Positions 18,952 to 27,685 of a DNA stretch of 64,000 nucleotides are shown one piece after another (positions within the stretch are counted from its first letter, which is position 1; every line of letters starts with the position of its first letter). The position numbers and the translations under genes were made by a program. This DNA is from a virus (lineage: Duplodnaviria > Caudoviricetes): positions 8,683 to 72,682 of the IMG/VR virus record IMGVR_UViG_3300032272_000009; one strand, written 5' to 3'. The notes under the pieces were generated by a model that was not told where the DNA came from, made no database searches, and saw only the letters and a program-made list of their open reading frames with translations.

Positions 18952-19502
18952 GTGACATGACAATAATAGTGACGGATACTGAAACTACCGGGTTGGTAAA
19001 GCCTATCCCTACTGATATTCAGTTTCAACCTTTCATGACAGAAATTTATGCATGTAAGCTGGATCAGAATTTTAAATTCTTGGGAGAGTTTGGGTCTCTG
19101 GTTAGACCACCAATTCCTATCTCTGCGGAAATAACTAAGATAACTGGTATAGATGATGCTAAGTTAATTGGCGCTCCAACTTTTGCTGAAATATATGATC
19201 CATTGTATGATTTCTTTCAAGGCGCTGATATGGTTGTTGGTCAAAACATAATGTTTGATATTAATGTTATCAATTATGAGTTGATGCGTCATGATTGGGA
19301 TAAAAAGTTTTGTTATCCAAAGAGGCACGTTTGCACTATTGAGTCTTCATATCACTACCAAAACAAAAGATTAAATCTTGCAAAATTGCATGAGCTTTTG
19401 TTTGGCGAAGGGTTTGAGGATGCTCATAGAGCAAAATCTGATGTTATGGCTACCGTTAGATGTTTCATTGAGCTTGTCAAGCGTGGAGATATTGTACTAT
19501 AA
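18948..19502 (+). CDS. dnaQ: DEDDh 3'-5' exonuclease (Pol III epsilon-like)
   Basis: DTETTG, GQNIMFD, HRAKSDV; ATGA-coupled to the upstream gene and adjacent to dnaE. Confidence 0.85.
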   Translation: MSDMTIIVTDTETTGLVKPIPTDIQFQPFMTEIYACKLDQNFKFLGEFGSLVRPPIPISAEITKITGIDDAKLIGAPTFAEIYDPLYDFFQGADMVVGQNIMFDINVINYELMRHDWDKKFCYPKRHVCTIESSYHYQNKRLNLAKLHELLFGEGFEDAHRAKSDVMATVRCFIELVKRGDIVL

Positions 19503-22309
19503 TGTACCACTTAACCCTAAAATCGGAATATTCTTTCAAACAGACTTTTAGTTTTCTGCAAGAGTTGCATGATAACTACTCACATAATAACGTCATTGGT
19601 ATTGCAGATACAACTACACTTGGTTTTTATAAACTGTATGAGATGTGTAAAAAATCTGGAAAGAAAGCAATATACGGTTTTAGGGTTTCCGTTGTTCAAG
19701 ATGCAACTGAAAAGGTTAAACCTAGAGGTCAGTTTGGTAAAGAATACATAATCATAGCGAAGAATTATCATGGATTACAAGAAATTTTTATGCTGTCTAA
19801 GATTCAATCTGAAAACTTTTACTATCGTGGGAACGTTAGTTGTAGTGATATTGATAGTCTTAGTCAAAATGTCTTTGTTGTTTCAACAGACCCCGTTGCT
19901 AACAGGCTTGATTTTATTGGTGTTAATTATACTACGAGGCCAAAAGTCTTAGCATATGATTACCCAAAATTATATGTCGATAATAATTACTACACAACAA
20001 ATGAAATGAAAAAGATTTATGAGTTGATGCTTGGCGGTTCAGCAGATAACAAAACATTTCCACAGCACATCTTATACCAAGATGAGATTCGTGGTTTTGG
20101 ACTTGAATGTATTGAAAATTTACAAGCTGTCGTTGACCAGTGTGAGGATATTGAGTTTAAGAAAGCTGCAAATATTAGATACAAAGGCAAAGGCAACATT
20201 GTAGATTTATGTAAAGAAGGTGCAACAAGAAAAAACATAGATTTGTCTGATCCAGTTTACAAGGCACGTTTTGAAAGGGAGATTAATCTTTTAGCAGATA
20301 AAGATTATGGTGATTATCTGCTTGTTGTTGCCGACTTGATAAAGAGTGCTAAGAAATTCTGTTTGGTTGGTGGTGGTCGTGGTTCAAGTGCTGGATCACT
20401 AGTATGTTATTTGCTTGATATTACAGAGGTCGATCCACTTGTTCATGGTTTGATCTTTGAGAGATTTGTTGATATAAACAGATACGATCCACCAGATGTT
20501 GACACAGATTTTCCAGACAACGCAAGAAAAAAGGTTGTCAAATACCTAGAAAAACTTTATGGGGTAGACAACGTAAAAACAATATCTACCATCTCAAAAT
20601 ACAAACCAAAAATAACTATTGGTGAGTTTGCAAAACATATGGAAATCCCAAAGTTTGAAACTGAGGCCGTAAAAGATATAATCATTGAGAGGGCTGGTGG
20701 GGATGCTCGGGCATCATTTTGTTTAGAAGATACTCTAATGGGAACAGATGTTGGCAAAGAGTTTCTCGAAAAACACCCTAACATGATTAACGTCAAATAT
20801 GCAGAAGGACACAGCAAACAGAAAGGCAAACACGCAGCTGGGGTAATTGTATGTAATGACCCAATAGTTGAGTATTGTGGTATTGATTCAAGAGATGAAA
20901 CCGCAATGCTTGACAAGAAAGATGCGGAAAAACTGAACCTGTTAAAAATTGATGTTCTAGGTCTTAGAACTTTGTCAGTGTTACAAGATTGTGCCAAAGC
21001 AATAAAAATGGATTACAGAGATTATTATAAGTTACCACTCGATGATGAGAATGCTTATAAGGTATTCCAAGAAAAAAGATTGGGTGGTATATTCCAGTTT
21101 GAAGGCGAAGCAATGAAGTCTATAAATGACTCGGCCCCAATGGAGAAGTTTGAAGATATAGTTGCTGCTGGTGCTTTGGGTAGACCGGGAGCATTATCAT
21201 CTGGTGGGACATCAAGGTACGTCCAGTTAAGGAATGGTACTAGAGAGCCTTTGTACTATTGTCCTGAACATAAGAAACTGACAGAAGAAACTTATGGTAT
21301 CGTCATATATCAAGAGCAAATGATGTGGTTGTGTAAAAATATTGCTGGCATGTCTTGGGAGGATGTGTCAGATTTAAGAAAGGCCGCATCAAAATCGCTA
21401 GGTGAAGAGTTTTTTGATAAGTATAGAATCAAGTTTGTTGAAGGCGCATGTTCACTTTCTGGATACGATGAAGAGACAGCAAATAAAGCTTGGCTGGATA
21501 TAAGCTCGATGGGTTCTTATGCCTTCAACAAGTCTCACAGTGTTGTTTATGGGCAGATAAGCTACTGGACAGCATATATGAAGGCCAATTACCCATTGGA
21601 GTTTATTGCGTCAATTCTAAACAATGCTAAGGATGATGATAGCTCATTAAAAATATTGCGTGAATTCTATGAGTCTGAAGATTTAGTATTTAAAGCCGTT
21701 GATCCTTGGAAATCAAAGACTGCATGGGAGATTATAGACGGAACTTTGCTTGGCGGCATAACAAATATAAAAGGAATTGGCGCAGCAAAAGCACTAGATA
21801 TAATAAAAATGAGAGAAGGCAAGAAACCATTTACACCAGCTATGAAAAGACATATGGAGAATCCAAAAACCCCATTTGATGTACTTTACCCAGCTCAACA
21901 TCATTGGGGCGAGCTGTATAGAGACCCGCAGAAATTCGGTTTGAACAAAGTTGACTATATAAAAGATGTTGAATCGCCTAGGGATTATGCTATAATAGGC
22001 AAAATGATACATGTGGATGATGTCAATGTTAATGATGTTCAATCAATAGCAAAAAGAGGTGGTGAGGTATTAGACGGCCCAAACATGAAAGTTCATGTAA
22101 GGCTAGAAGATGACACTGGCGTTATGATGTGTATAGTGAATAGATTTGTATATGAAAAACTATCACAAGATTTCCTTAGAGAAAAGGTTGGTGAAACCTG
22201 GTTCTGTTTGATAGGTAAAGTTATGCCTGGCGCTAAGATATTGTTCGTTAAAGAAGTGGCAAATCTGAATAGAGATATTGGTCTTAATGAATCCGAGGAA
22301 CAAAGATAG
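19502..22309 (+). CDS. dnaE: DNA polymerase III alpha subunit (C family), compact
   Basis: GRGSSAGSLVCYLL.IT.VDP, FERF, PPDVDTDF, KHAAGV, LLKIDVLGL, YQEQ, YAFNKSH; degenerate PHP at the N-terminus, OB fold at the C-terminus. Confidence 0.95.
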   Translation: MYHLTLKSEYSFKQTFSFLQELHDNYSHNNVIGIADTTTLGFYKLYEMCKKSGKKAIYGFRVSVVQDATEKVKPRGQFGKEYIIIAKNYHGLQEIFMLSKIQSENFYYRGNVSCSDIDSLSQNVFVVSTDPVANRLDFIGVNYTTRPKVLAYDYPKLYVDNNYYTTNEMKKIYELMLGGSADNKTFPQHILYQDEIRGFGLECIENLQAVVDQCEDIEFKKAANIRYKGKGNIVDLCKEGATRKNIDLSDPVYKARFEREINLLADKDYGDYLLVVADLIKSAKKFCLVGGGRGSSAGSLVCYLLDITEVDPLVHGLIFERFVDINRYDPPDVDTDFPDNARKKVVKYLEKLYGVDNVKTISTISKYKPKITIGEFAKHMEIPKFETEAVKDIIIERAGGDARASFCLEDTLMGTDVGKEFLEKHPNMINVKYAEGHSKQKGKHAAGVIVCNDPIVEYCGIDSRDETAMLDKKDAEKLNLLKIDVLGLRTLSVLQDCAKAIKMDYRDYYKLPLDDENAYKVFQEKRLGGIFQFEGEAMKSINDSAPMEKFEDIVAAGALGRPGALSSGGTSRYVQLRNGTREPLYYCPEHKKLTEETYGIVIYQEQMMWLCKNIAGMSWEDVSDLRKAASKSLGEEFFDKYRIKFVEGACSLSGYDEETANKAWLDISSMGSYAFNKSHSVVYGQISYWTAYMKANYPLEFIASILNNAKDDDSSLKILREFYESEDLVFKAVDPWKSKTAWEIIDGTLLGGITNIKGIGAAKALDIIKMREGKKPFTPAMKRHMENPKTPFDVLYPAQHHWGELYRDPQKFGLNKVDYIKDVESPRDYAIIGKMIHVDDVNVNDVQSIAKRGGEVLDGPNMKVHVRLEDDTGVMMCIVNRFVYEKLSQDFLREKVGETWFCLIGKVMPGAKILFVKEVANLNRDIGLNESEEQR

Positions 22310-22734
22310 TGAATTTCATAGTATTTAGTGGCATCTCAGAATCATTTAACAAGGCTATAATAAGTGCTTGTTTAGAAAAAACAAACTATAGAGATTATTT
22401 TGTAAATAGAGACCCGAGCAACTGTATGGCTCTAAATTTTATACAAGATAAAATCGATACTATTGAGCAAATGGACGAATATATTGGTTTTTTAAATTAT
22501 TTCAAAGAAGGTGTAGATTTAGCTGTATTGATAACATGTGATAATGAAGCATTAGAAAAAAGATTCGCAGATTATAACAAAATTTTTACCAGTAATGAAT
22601 CATTTTTAGAACGACAAGAGGTGATAAAACAGTATTTTGATAAAGCGAAATATCAAAACTGTATAGAAATAAATGCTACGGACAAAACTGTAGATCAATG
22701 TGTCAAGTTAATAATAAACAAACTAGAGGAATAA
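22309..22734 (+). CDS. dNMP/thymidylate-kinase-like fold with degenerate P-loop
   Basis: IVFSGISESFNK in place of IxxEGxDGxGKT; NRDP, LITCDNEALEKRF and IEINAT.KTVDQ follow TMPK topology. Confidence 0.5.
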   Translation: MNFIVFSGISESFNKAIISACLEKTNYRDYFVNRDPSNCMALNFIQDKIDTIEQMDEYIGFLNYFKEGVDLAVLITCDNEALEKRFADYNKIFTSNESFLERQEVIKQYFDKAKYQNCIEINATDKTVDQCVKLIINKLEE

Positions 22735-22740
22735 TAAGTT

Positions 22741-23643
22741 ATGCCAGTCAATAATGAATTAGAAGAGCGCCCACTTTTGGTAAATCTGAAGATAGGTGAA
22801 AAACCTAAAACACGGTTCTTGCATGGTCTTGATGCAGTAAATGTTCGAATGATTGATTGCCCTACCACAGAAGACTTGATGAAGTATATCCCAGAATTTG
22901 CGTCTGGTACTTGGGAAGACAAATCAAAAACAGATTTTACTGATGCTGAGCGTGCTCAAGTAGTAGATGATCTGTTTGCAGGTTATATCCTGCCTACAGC
23001 TCTTGAAACCATCAAGATGACATTTATCATCGAAGGTATTGATTTGGTTGATGTATGCCATCTTATCCGCCATAGAACTTTGTCATTCTCTGCTCAAGGT
23101 ACTGGTGACCGTGACATGCGAAATGATGATATTTTGGTCAAGCCTTCAATTCTTGGTAATAAAAAGTATGCTGACAGATTTGAGAAACTGATGCTTGACG
23201 CAAAAGACCTGTATGCTGATGTAACAGATGATCCAGATATGCCTATTCTTGATGCTCGCACATTCATGCCACGCTGTACATCAAACTACTACTATGTGTC
23301 TGGCGATCTTAAAGCAATCATGGCTTTTGTTGGTCAGCGCAAGGATGAGTCTATTGAGCCAGAAACAATGAACATCTTTGCTCTCAAATTGTGGATTGAA
23401 GTTGTTAAGCGTTTTCCACAACTAAAAGGAAAAATTGACCTGTTATCACCAGATCATTTTGCAATTGAAACGTCTATAGGTGGTAGAAGTAGCAATTTCT
23501 ACAAACCTGAACCAAAGAACGATATTTATGAGTATCGTCTTGACTGGTTCATGAGAGACAAAATGCGCCAAGAAATGACTGGTGGGCAAGATTACATCAT
23601 CATGCGTGACAAACTGATTGATCAATTTAATGAAATAGTTTAA
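22741..23643 (+). CDS. Divergent ThyX (flavin-dependent thymidylate synthase) fold protein
   Basis: TFIIEGI...HLIRHRTLSFSAQ, DARTFMP, and later R...W features; the canonical SxRY is replaced by GTGD. Confidence 0.8.
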   Translation: MPVNNELEERPLLVNLKIGEKPKTRFLHGLDAVNVRMIDCPTTEDLMKYIPEFASGTWEDKSKTDFTDAERAQVVDDLFAGYILPTALETIKMTFIIEGIDLVDVCHLIRHRTLSFSAQGTGDRDMRNDDILVKPSILGNKKYADRFEKLMLDAKDLYADVTDDPDMPILDARTFMPRCTSNYYYVSGDLKAIMAFVGQRKDESIEPETMNIFALKLWIEVVKRFPQLKGKIDLLSPDHFAIETSIGGRSSNFYKPEPKNDIYEYRLDWFMRDKMRQEMTGGQDYIIMRDKLIDQFNEIV

Positions 23644-23649
23644 GAGGTA

Positions 23650-23943
23650 GTGATGGCTAAGAAAAAGATAATTCTGGTTGAGGGCGACAAACATTTTGGT
23701 TTGATTGAAAACTATATCAATGCAGATGAAAATGATCTACCAACGCCAGAGCATGTCTTACAAGATGAGTTTAACAGGATGATGGATAAAATAAAATCAT
23801 TGGTTAATGTAAGCTCAATAATCGAAAATAAAGAAGTGAAGCTTGTATTGGAAGAAAAGATTGCGGCATATAAGGATGCTTCTCAATCTTTGCTTTATGT
23901 AGTTGAGAAAATAAATCAATTCAAAATGGAGATAAAACAGTGA
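23650..23943 (+). CDS. Hypothetical protein
   Basis: 97-aa ORF, GAGG SD, coupled downstream. Confidence 0.6.
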   Translation: MMAKKKIILVEGDKHFGLIENYINADENDLPTPEHVLQDEFNRMMDKIKSLVNVSSIIENKEVKLVLEEKIAAYKDASQSLLYVVEKINQFKMEIKQ

Positions 23944-24518
23944 GCAATATTCAACACCCTGAAATGGTAAAAGGTTTGGCAAAAAGTGGCGCACAGATAA
24001 TCAATGATTTTACGCCAGATACAGCCCATATACTGCACATGGCAATTGGGATAGCTGGAGAATCTGGTGAGTTAGCTTCTGTCATTCACTCGAAATTTGA
24101 GTTTGAGGCAATTGACAAAAAGAACGTCGTGGAAGAGCTTGGTGATCTTGAGTTTTATCTTGAGGGGTTTCGACAGGGGTTAGGCATTAGTCGCTTGGAA
24201 ACAATTGTGGATGATACATCATATGACATGGATCGTGGGATTATGTCAAGTGCAAAAAATGGTGCCATGTTCTTAAATATTGCGTCATCAATCTTGCTTG
24301 ACCAGATAAAGAAAGTTGCATTCTATGTCAAGCCAGTAAATACTGACAACGTGGTAAAATCTCTTATCAAGATTGAAGGTCATATGTATATCTTGAGAAA
24401 GTGTTTTTATATTACGTATGAGCAGACTCTCGAACACAACATAGCCAAGCTTGGTGATCGCTATCAAGGCCATCAATATTCTGATGAACAGGCAATAGCT
24501 AGAGCTGATAAAAACTAG
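23940..24518 (+). CDS. mazG: MazG-like all-alpha NTP pyrophosphohydrolase with internal duplication
   Basis: HMAIGIAGESGEL...VEELGDLEFY; second degenerate repeat ending NIAKL.DRY. Confidence 0.8.
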   Translation: MSNIQHPEMVKGLAKSGAQIINDFTPDTAHILHMAIGIAGESGELASVIHSKFEFEAIDKKNVVEELGDLEFYLEGFRQGLGISRLETIVDDTSYDMDRGIMSSAKNGAMFLNIASSILLDQIKKVAFYVKPVNTDNVVKSLIKIEGHMYILRKCFYITYEQTLEHNIAKLGDRYQGHQYSDEQAIARADKN

Positions 24519-24763
24519 TGCAACAAACCAGAGTTGAATCTGCAATAGAAAGAGCTTGTGATATTATCACAGGCTTTTTTCTTTCGTGGTGTTTGTATGA
24601 ATTTTATATAAGAAACCATCCTGAGTTTTCAAGTTTGTATATAGTATCTTGTTTTACCGCAGTATCATTGATAAGAGGCTATTACTGGCGCAGATTCTTC
24701 AATAGAGGTTTGCATAAAATTGTACATAAATACGCAAACAAAATCTTTAAGAGGTTAAAATGA
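24518..24763 (+). CDS. Small membrane protein
   Basis: 81 aa, two hydrophobic segments, [13 protein letters not shown] motif. Confidence 0.65.
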   Translation: MQQTRVESAIERACDIITGFFLSWCLYEFYIRNHPEFSSLYIVSCFTAVSLIRGYYWRRFFNRGLHKIVHKYANKIFKRLK

Positions 24764-25611
24764 AAGAATATTTGAAGTTATGTAACAGAGTGATCAACGA
24801 AGGTCACTGGGTTACTAACAAAAGAACTGGTAAGCGTTGTCTTACTGTTATAAATGCAGACTTAGAGTATTATGTAGGCGATGGTACTCTTCCAGTTTTG
24901 ACTACTAAAAAACTGTTCTGGAAACCTGCAATTGCAGAGATGCTTGGATACTTGCGAGGTTATACAAGTGCTGCTCAGTTCAGAAGGCTTGGATGTAATA
25001 CATGGAATGCAAATGCTAATGAAAATTCTGCTTGGCTTGCAAACAGGTTTAGAACTGGTGTAGATGACATGGGCAGATGTTACGGTGCTCAAGGTAGAGA
25101 CTGGAGAAACCCAGAAAATGAATCTATCGACCAGTTAAGAAATATTTACAATGACCTTCGAAATGGGATTGATAATAGAAGTGAGATTCTTACTTTTATG
25201 AATCCCGGAGAGAGAGACAGGGCTTGTTTAAATTCCTGTATGCACACACACACCTTTAGTTTGCTGGATGGTGGCTTGTATTTGACATCATACCAGAGGT
25301 CTGATGACCTGCCACTAGGACATGGCTTTAATCAGGTGCAGGTGGCTTGGTTGTTGATGATAATGGCACAGATAACAGGCTTAAGAGCTGAGACAGCCTA
25401 TCATAAAATAGTCAATGCTCATATTTATGAAGACCAGTTGCAACAGTTGCAGGATGTTCAATTGGTGCGGGAGCCTCTAAACCTTCCAACTTTGCGAATA
25501 AATCCTGAGATTAAAACACTGGAAGACTTAGAGACTTGGGTTACTCTGGATGATTTTGAACTTTTAGATTATGAACATCATCCTGCGATAAAATATGAAT
25601 TTAGTGTTTAG
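24760..25611 (+). CDS. thyA: Thymidylate synthase (ThyA, Vibrionaceae/Pasteurellaceae type)
   Basis: [30 protein letters not shown] (catalytic Cys), YQRSDD...[11 protein letters not shown]. Confidence 0.93.
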   Translation: MKEYLKLCNRVINEGHWVTNKRTGKRCLTVINADLEYYVGDGTLPVLTTKKLFWKPAIAEMLGYLRGYTSAAQFRRLGCNTWNANANENSAWLANRFRTGVDDMGRCYGAQGRDWRNPENESIDQLRNIYNDLRNGIDNRSEILTFMNPGERDRACLNSCMHTHTFSLLDGGLYLTSYQRSDDLPLGHGFNQVQVAWLLMIMAQITGLRAETAYHKIVNAHIYEDQLQQLQDVQLVREPLNLPTLRINPEIKTLEDLETWVTLDDFELLDYEHHPAIKYEFSV

Positions 25612-25982
25612 TAAGTCCATATCAAAGGTCTAGGTCTTTTACCGGGGATTGCCTCTGCGTCATCAAGATGTAGCTGGTAAGCCCCATTTTTATTCTTGAT
25701 TCCAATACCAGTAAAACCAACACTAATTGCTACACTTACTGCTTTAAACAACAAGTCTTTAGGTAGATTTGGATCAATTGCTCTACCCTCTACATGAGCG
25801 CCTGTTTTGCTTTTGTTATAGCTCTCACATCTATACCCACCACCTTTTACTGGACTAAAAGGAATGCCCATTACTTCTCTGAAAGTTTGCAGGCGTTGCA
25901 TAAACTTAGCATTCATTTTTGTCTCGCCACAGCAAGGGCAAACAAATTCATTAGTGTTAAAGTTTTTAGTTAATTGAGCCAC
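25608..25982 (-). CDS. Endolysin, peptidase M15A-type Zn peptidase
   Basis: [31 protein letters not shown]. Confidence 0.85.
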   Translation of the reverse strand: MAQLTKNFNTNEFVCPCCGETKMNAKFMQRLQTFREVMGIPFSPVKGGGYRCESYNKSKTGAHVEGRAIDPNLPKDLLFKAVSVAISVGFTGIGIKNKNGAYQLHLDDAEAIPGKRPRPLIWTY

Positions 25983-26003
25983 ATTATTCTCCAGTGTAAT
26001 GAA

Positions 26004-26171
26004 TTAGTTTTTAGAATCACGAATACCCATTAAGCTTAGTCCATTTCCTACTGCTGCTACTGAAAGGGTATATTCACCTTTTAGCGCCAAAAACAAACCA
26101 AGAATTACAACAATGGCGCCACCAATCATACCTTTACTTTTCGATGCTTCTTTAACTGTCATATTCAACAT
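26004..26171 (-). CDS. Putative holin (55 aa, two TM segments)
   Basis: Read manually: MLNMTVKEASKSKGMIGGAIVVILGLFLALKGEYTLSVAAVGNGLSLMGIRDSKN; directly upstream of the endolysin. Confidence 0.65.
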   Translation of the reverse strand: MLNMTVKEASKSKGMIGGAIVVILGLFLALKGEYTLSVAAVGNGLSLMGIRDSKN

Positions 26172-26193
26172 GCAATTATCCTTTTAATTTATA

Positions 26194-26535
26194 TCAACTT
26201 TTGTTTAAAAGCAATTTGTACAGCTCGTCAATCCGTTCATGAACTTTGTCTACAGATTCTAGCAATTTTTTCTCTTCTCTTTTTCTATCGGCCAAAAGCA
26301 ACTTTTGACTATTGTACATCTTAGCCTCACACCGTTTCATATCTTCAATAATAATACCGAATCTTAATTCTATTTCCTGTTCCGGCATGTGCGAATCTAC
26401 AACAGTGTCCCATTTTTTCAGAATGCGGCGCCCAAAAAAAGCAAGCAATGCTATCAAACCAACTGTCACCCATAACCAAATATTGACGATTAAATCTGGA
26501 AATGTACCTGCAATTACCGGAATACTTTTTGACAT
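26194..26535 (-). CDS. Membrane-anchored coiled-coil lysis-cassette protein (holin/XhlA-like)
   Basis: One TM segment (IWLWVTVGLIALLAFFG) followed by a coiled coil. Confidence 0.6.
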   Translation of the reverse strand: MSKSIPVIAGTFPDLIVNIWLWVTVGLIALLAFFGRRILKKWDTVVDSHMPEQEIELRFGIIIEDMKRCEAKMYNSQKLLLADRKREEKKLLESVDKVHERIDELYKLLLNKS

Positions 26536-26565
26536 GACAACCCTAAATAAAACATAACAATGATG

Positions 26566-26594
26566 ATTGTATCAAAAAGATACGCATAAGTCAA
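26566..26594 (-). promoter_or_regulatory. sigma70-type promoter for the lysis cassette
   Basis: TTGACT-N17-TACAAT on the minus strand. Confidence 0.6.
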
Positions 26595-26605
26595 GACGAT
26601 ACATA

Positions 26606-27685
26606 TTACGCAACTAATCCTAATCTGTCACCAGTTACGTTCCAAGTTACATTTGCATTTCCAACGATATAGTTTCCTGAGATTCCACCTGTTGTTCCGG
26701 AGGTTGGGCCAGATACTGTTTCTTGATAAAGCGGATCTACACTACCACCTGTATCACCATTTGCGCCTGAAGCTCCCCATCCTCCACCATTACCACCATC
26801 ACCACCTTTTACGCCATTTGTTGGAGTGCTTCCTGTTGAACCTGAAGAAGACGCTTGGTTTGACCCTAGACCTACACCTCCAATTCCACCTATCCCACCA
26901 GATATAGAAAGAGTAAACCTTCTCCTTATATAATAATAATAGTTCATAGACCCCGGCCAGAAACCCTCTTCTGAATAGCTAAATGCTCCCCTAAAATACG
27001 TATAACCATCATCGTCAACTGAGGAAGGGTTTCCTGCATCGCTAAATACATTCATTAAATAGTAAACAGAATAAACGTTTAGAGTATCAATCCACCACCA
27101 AGTACCAACCGTACCAGCCGGATCCTTCCACGTTGTATCTTCTGGAAAATAATAGCAGGATTCACCGATGCCACCATCTCCACCTCCACCACCGCCACCA
27201 TATATTCGACTATTATTTGTTACAGTCAGTATGACCTGAGCCTGAAGCGCATCTCCACCAGCTCCACCAATTGCCCCACCAGCACCATAGATATACCCAT
27301 TAATGATTAATTCAAGAGTTCCACCCATTGGTTGAGCGCCAACAGTTGTTCCTGTTCTGCATGATACAACACCTGATGACGTTGAACCAATGGTTACACC
27401 TGCATTTATGGTTACACTTTTCGGTGCAGAAGACACCCATTCTGCCTCAGTGAAATAATCTGACAATACAATATTATTTGCAGACGCCGTTATTAATTTT
27501 GCGTATATTAATTGTGTGCTATAAAATGCGTCCATTGACATTTCACCTGACGCCGGAACACCTGTGTTGTTCTCAGTTACAAGTCCTGCACCACGATAAT
27601 ATTCATCAAGTGCATCAGGATCGGAACCACCGAATTCTGTGACTATCTCTTCAATAGATAATGATCCTGACGCTTTTACAGTCAT
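26606..27685 (-). CDS. Glycine-rich receptor-binding adhesin (T-even gp38-like)
   Basis: Repeated GGGGGG/GGxGG blocks separated by aromatic-rich loops; N-terminal SGSLSI.EI..EFGG....L.EYYRG. Confidence 0.7.
   Translation of the reverse strand: MTVKASGSLSIEEIVTEFGGSDPDALDEYYRGAGLVTENNTGVPASGEMSMDAFYSTQLIYAKLITASANNIVLSDYFTEAEWVSSAPKSVTINAGVTIGSTSSGVVSCRTGTTVGAQPMGGTLELIINGYIYGAGGAIGGAGGDALQAQVILTVTNNSRIYGGGGGGGDGGIGESCYYFPEDTTWKDPAGTVGTWWWIDTLNVYSVYYLMNVFSDAGNPSSVDDDGYTYFRGAFSYSEEGFWPGSMNYYYYIRRRFTLSISGGIGGIGGVGLGSNQASSSGSTGSTPTNGVKGGDGGNGGGWGASGANGDTGGSVDPLYQETVSGPTSGTTGGISGNYIVGNANVTWNVTGDRLGLVA

Noticed and set aside
19502-22309. Inteins or introns in DnaE, TerL or the helicases
   Set aside because: The ORFs are continuous and of normal or short length, with no C/S...HN intein ends or LAGLIDADG motifs.
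17088-25611. Known modification systems (dZ/PurZ, 7-deazaguanine, glucosyl-hmC, hmU hypermodification)
   Set aside because: No PurZ, DpdA/FolE/QueCDE, glycosyltransferase or aGPT-Pplase/5-hmU DNA kinase is recognisable in the window. They could still lie in the unseen part of the genome.
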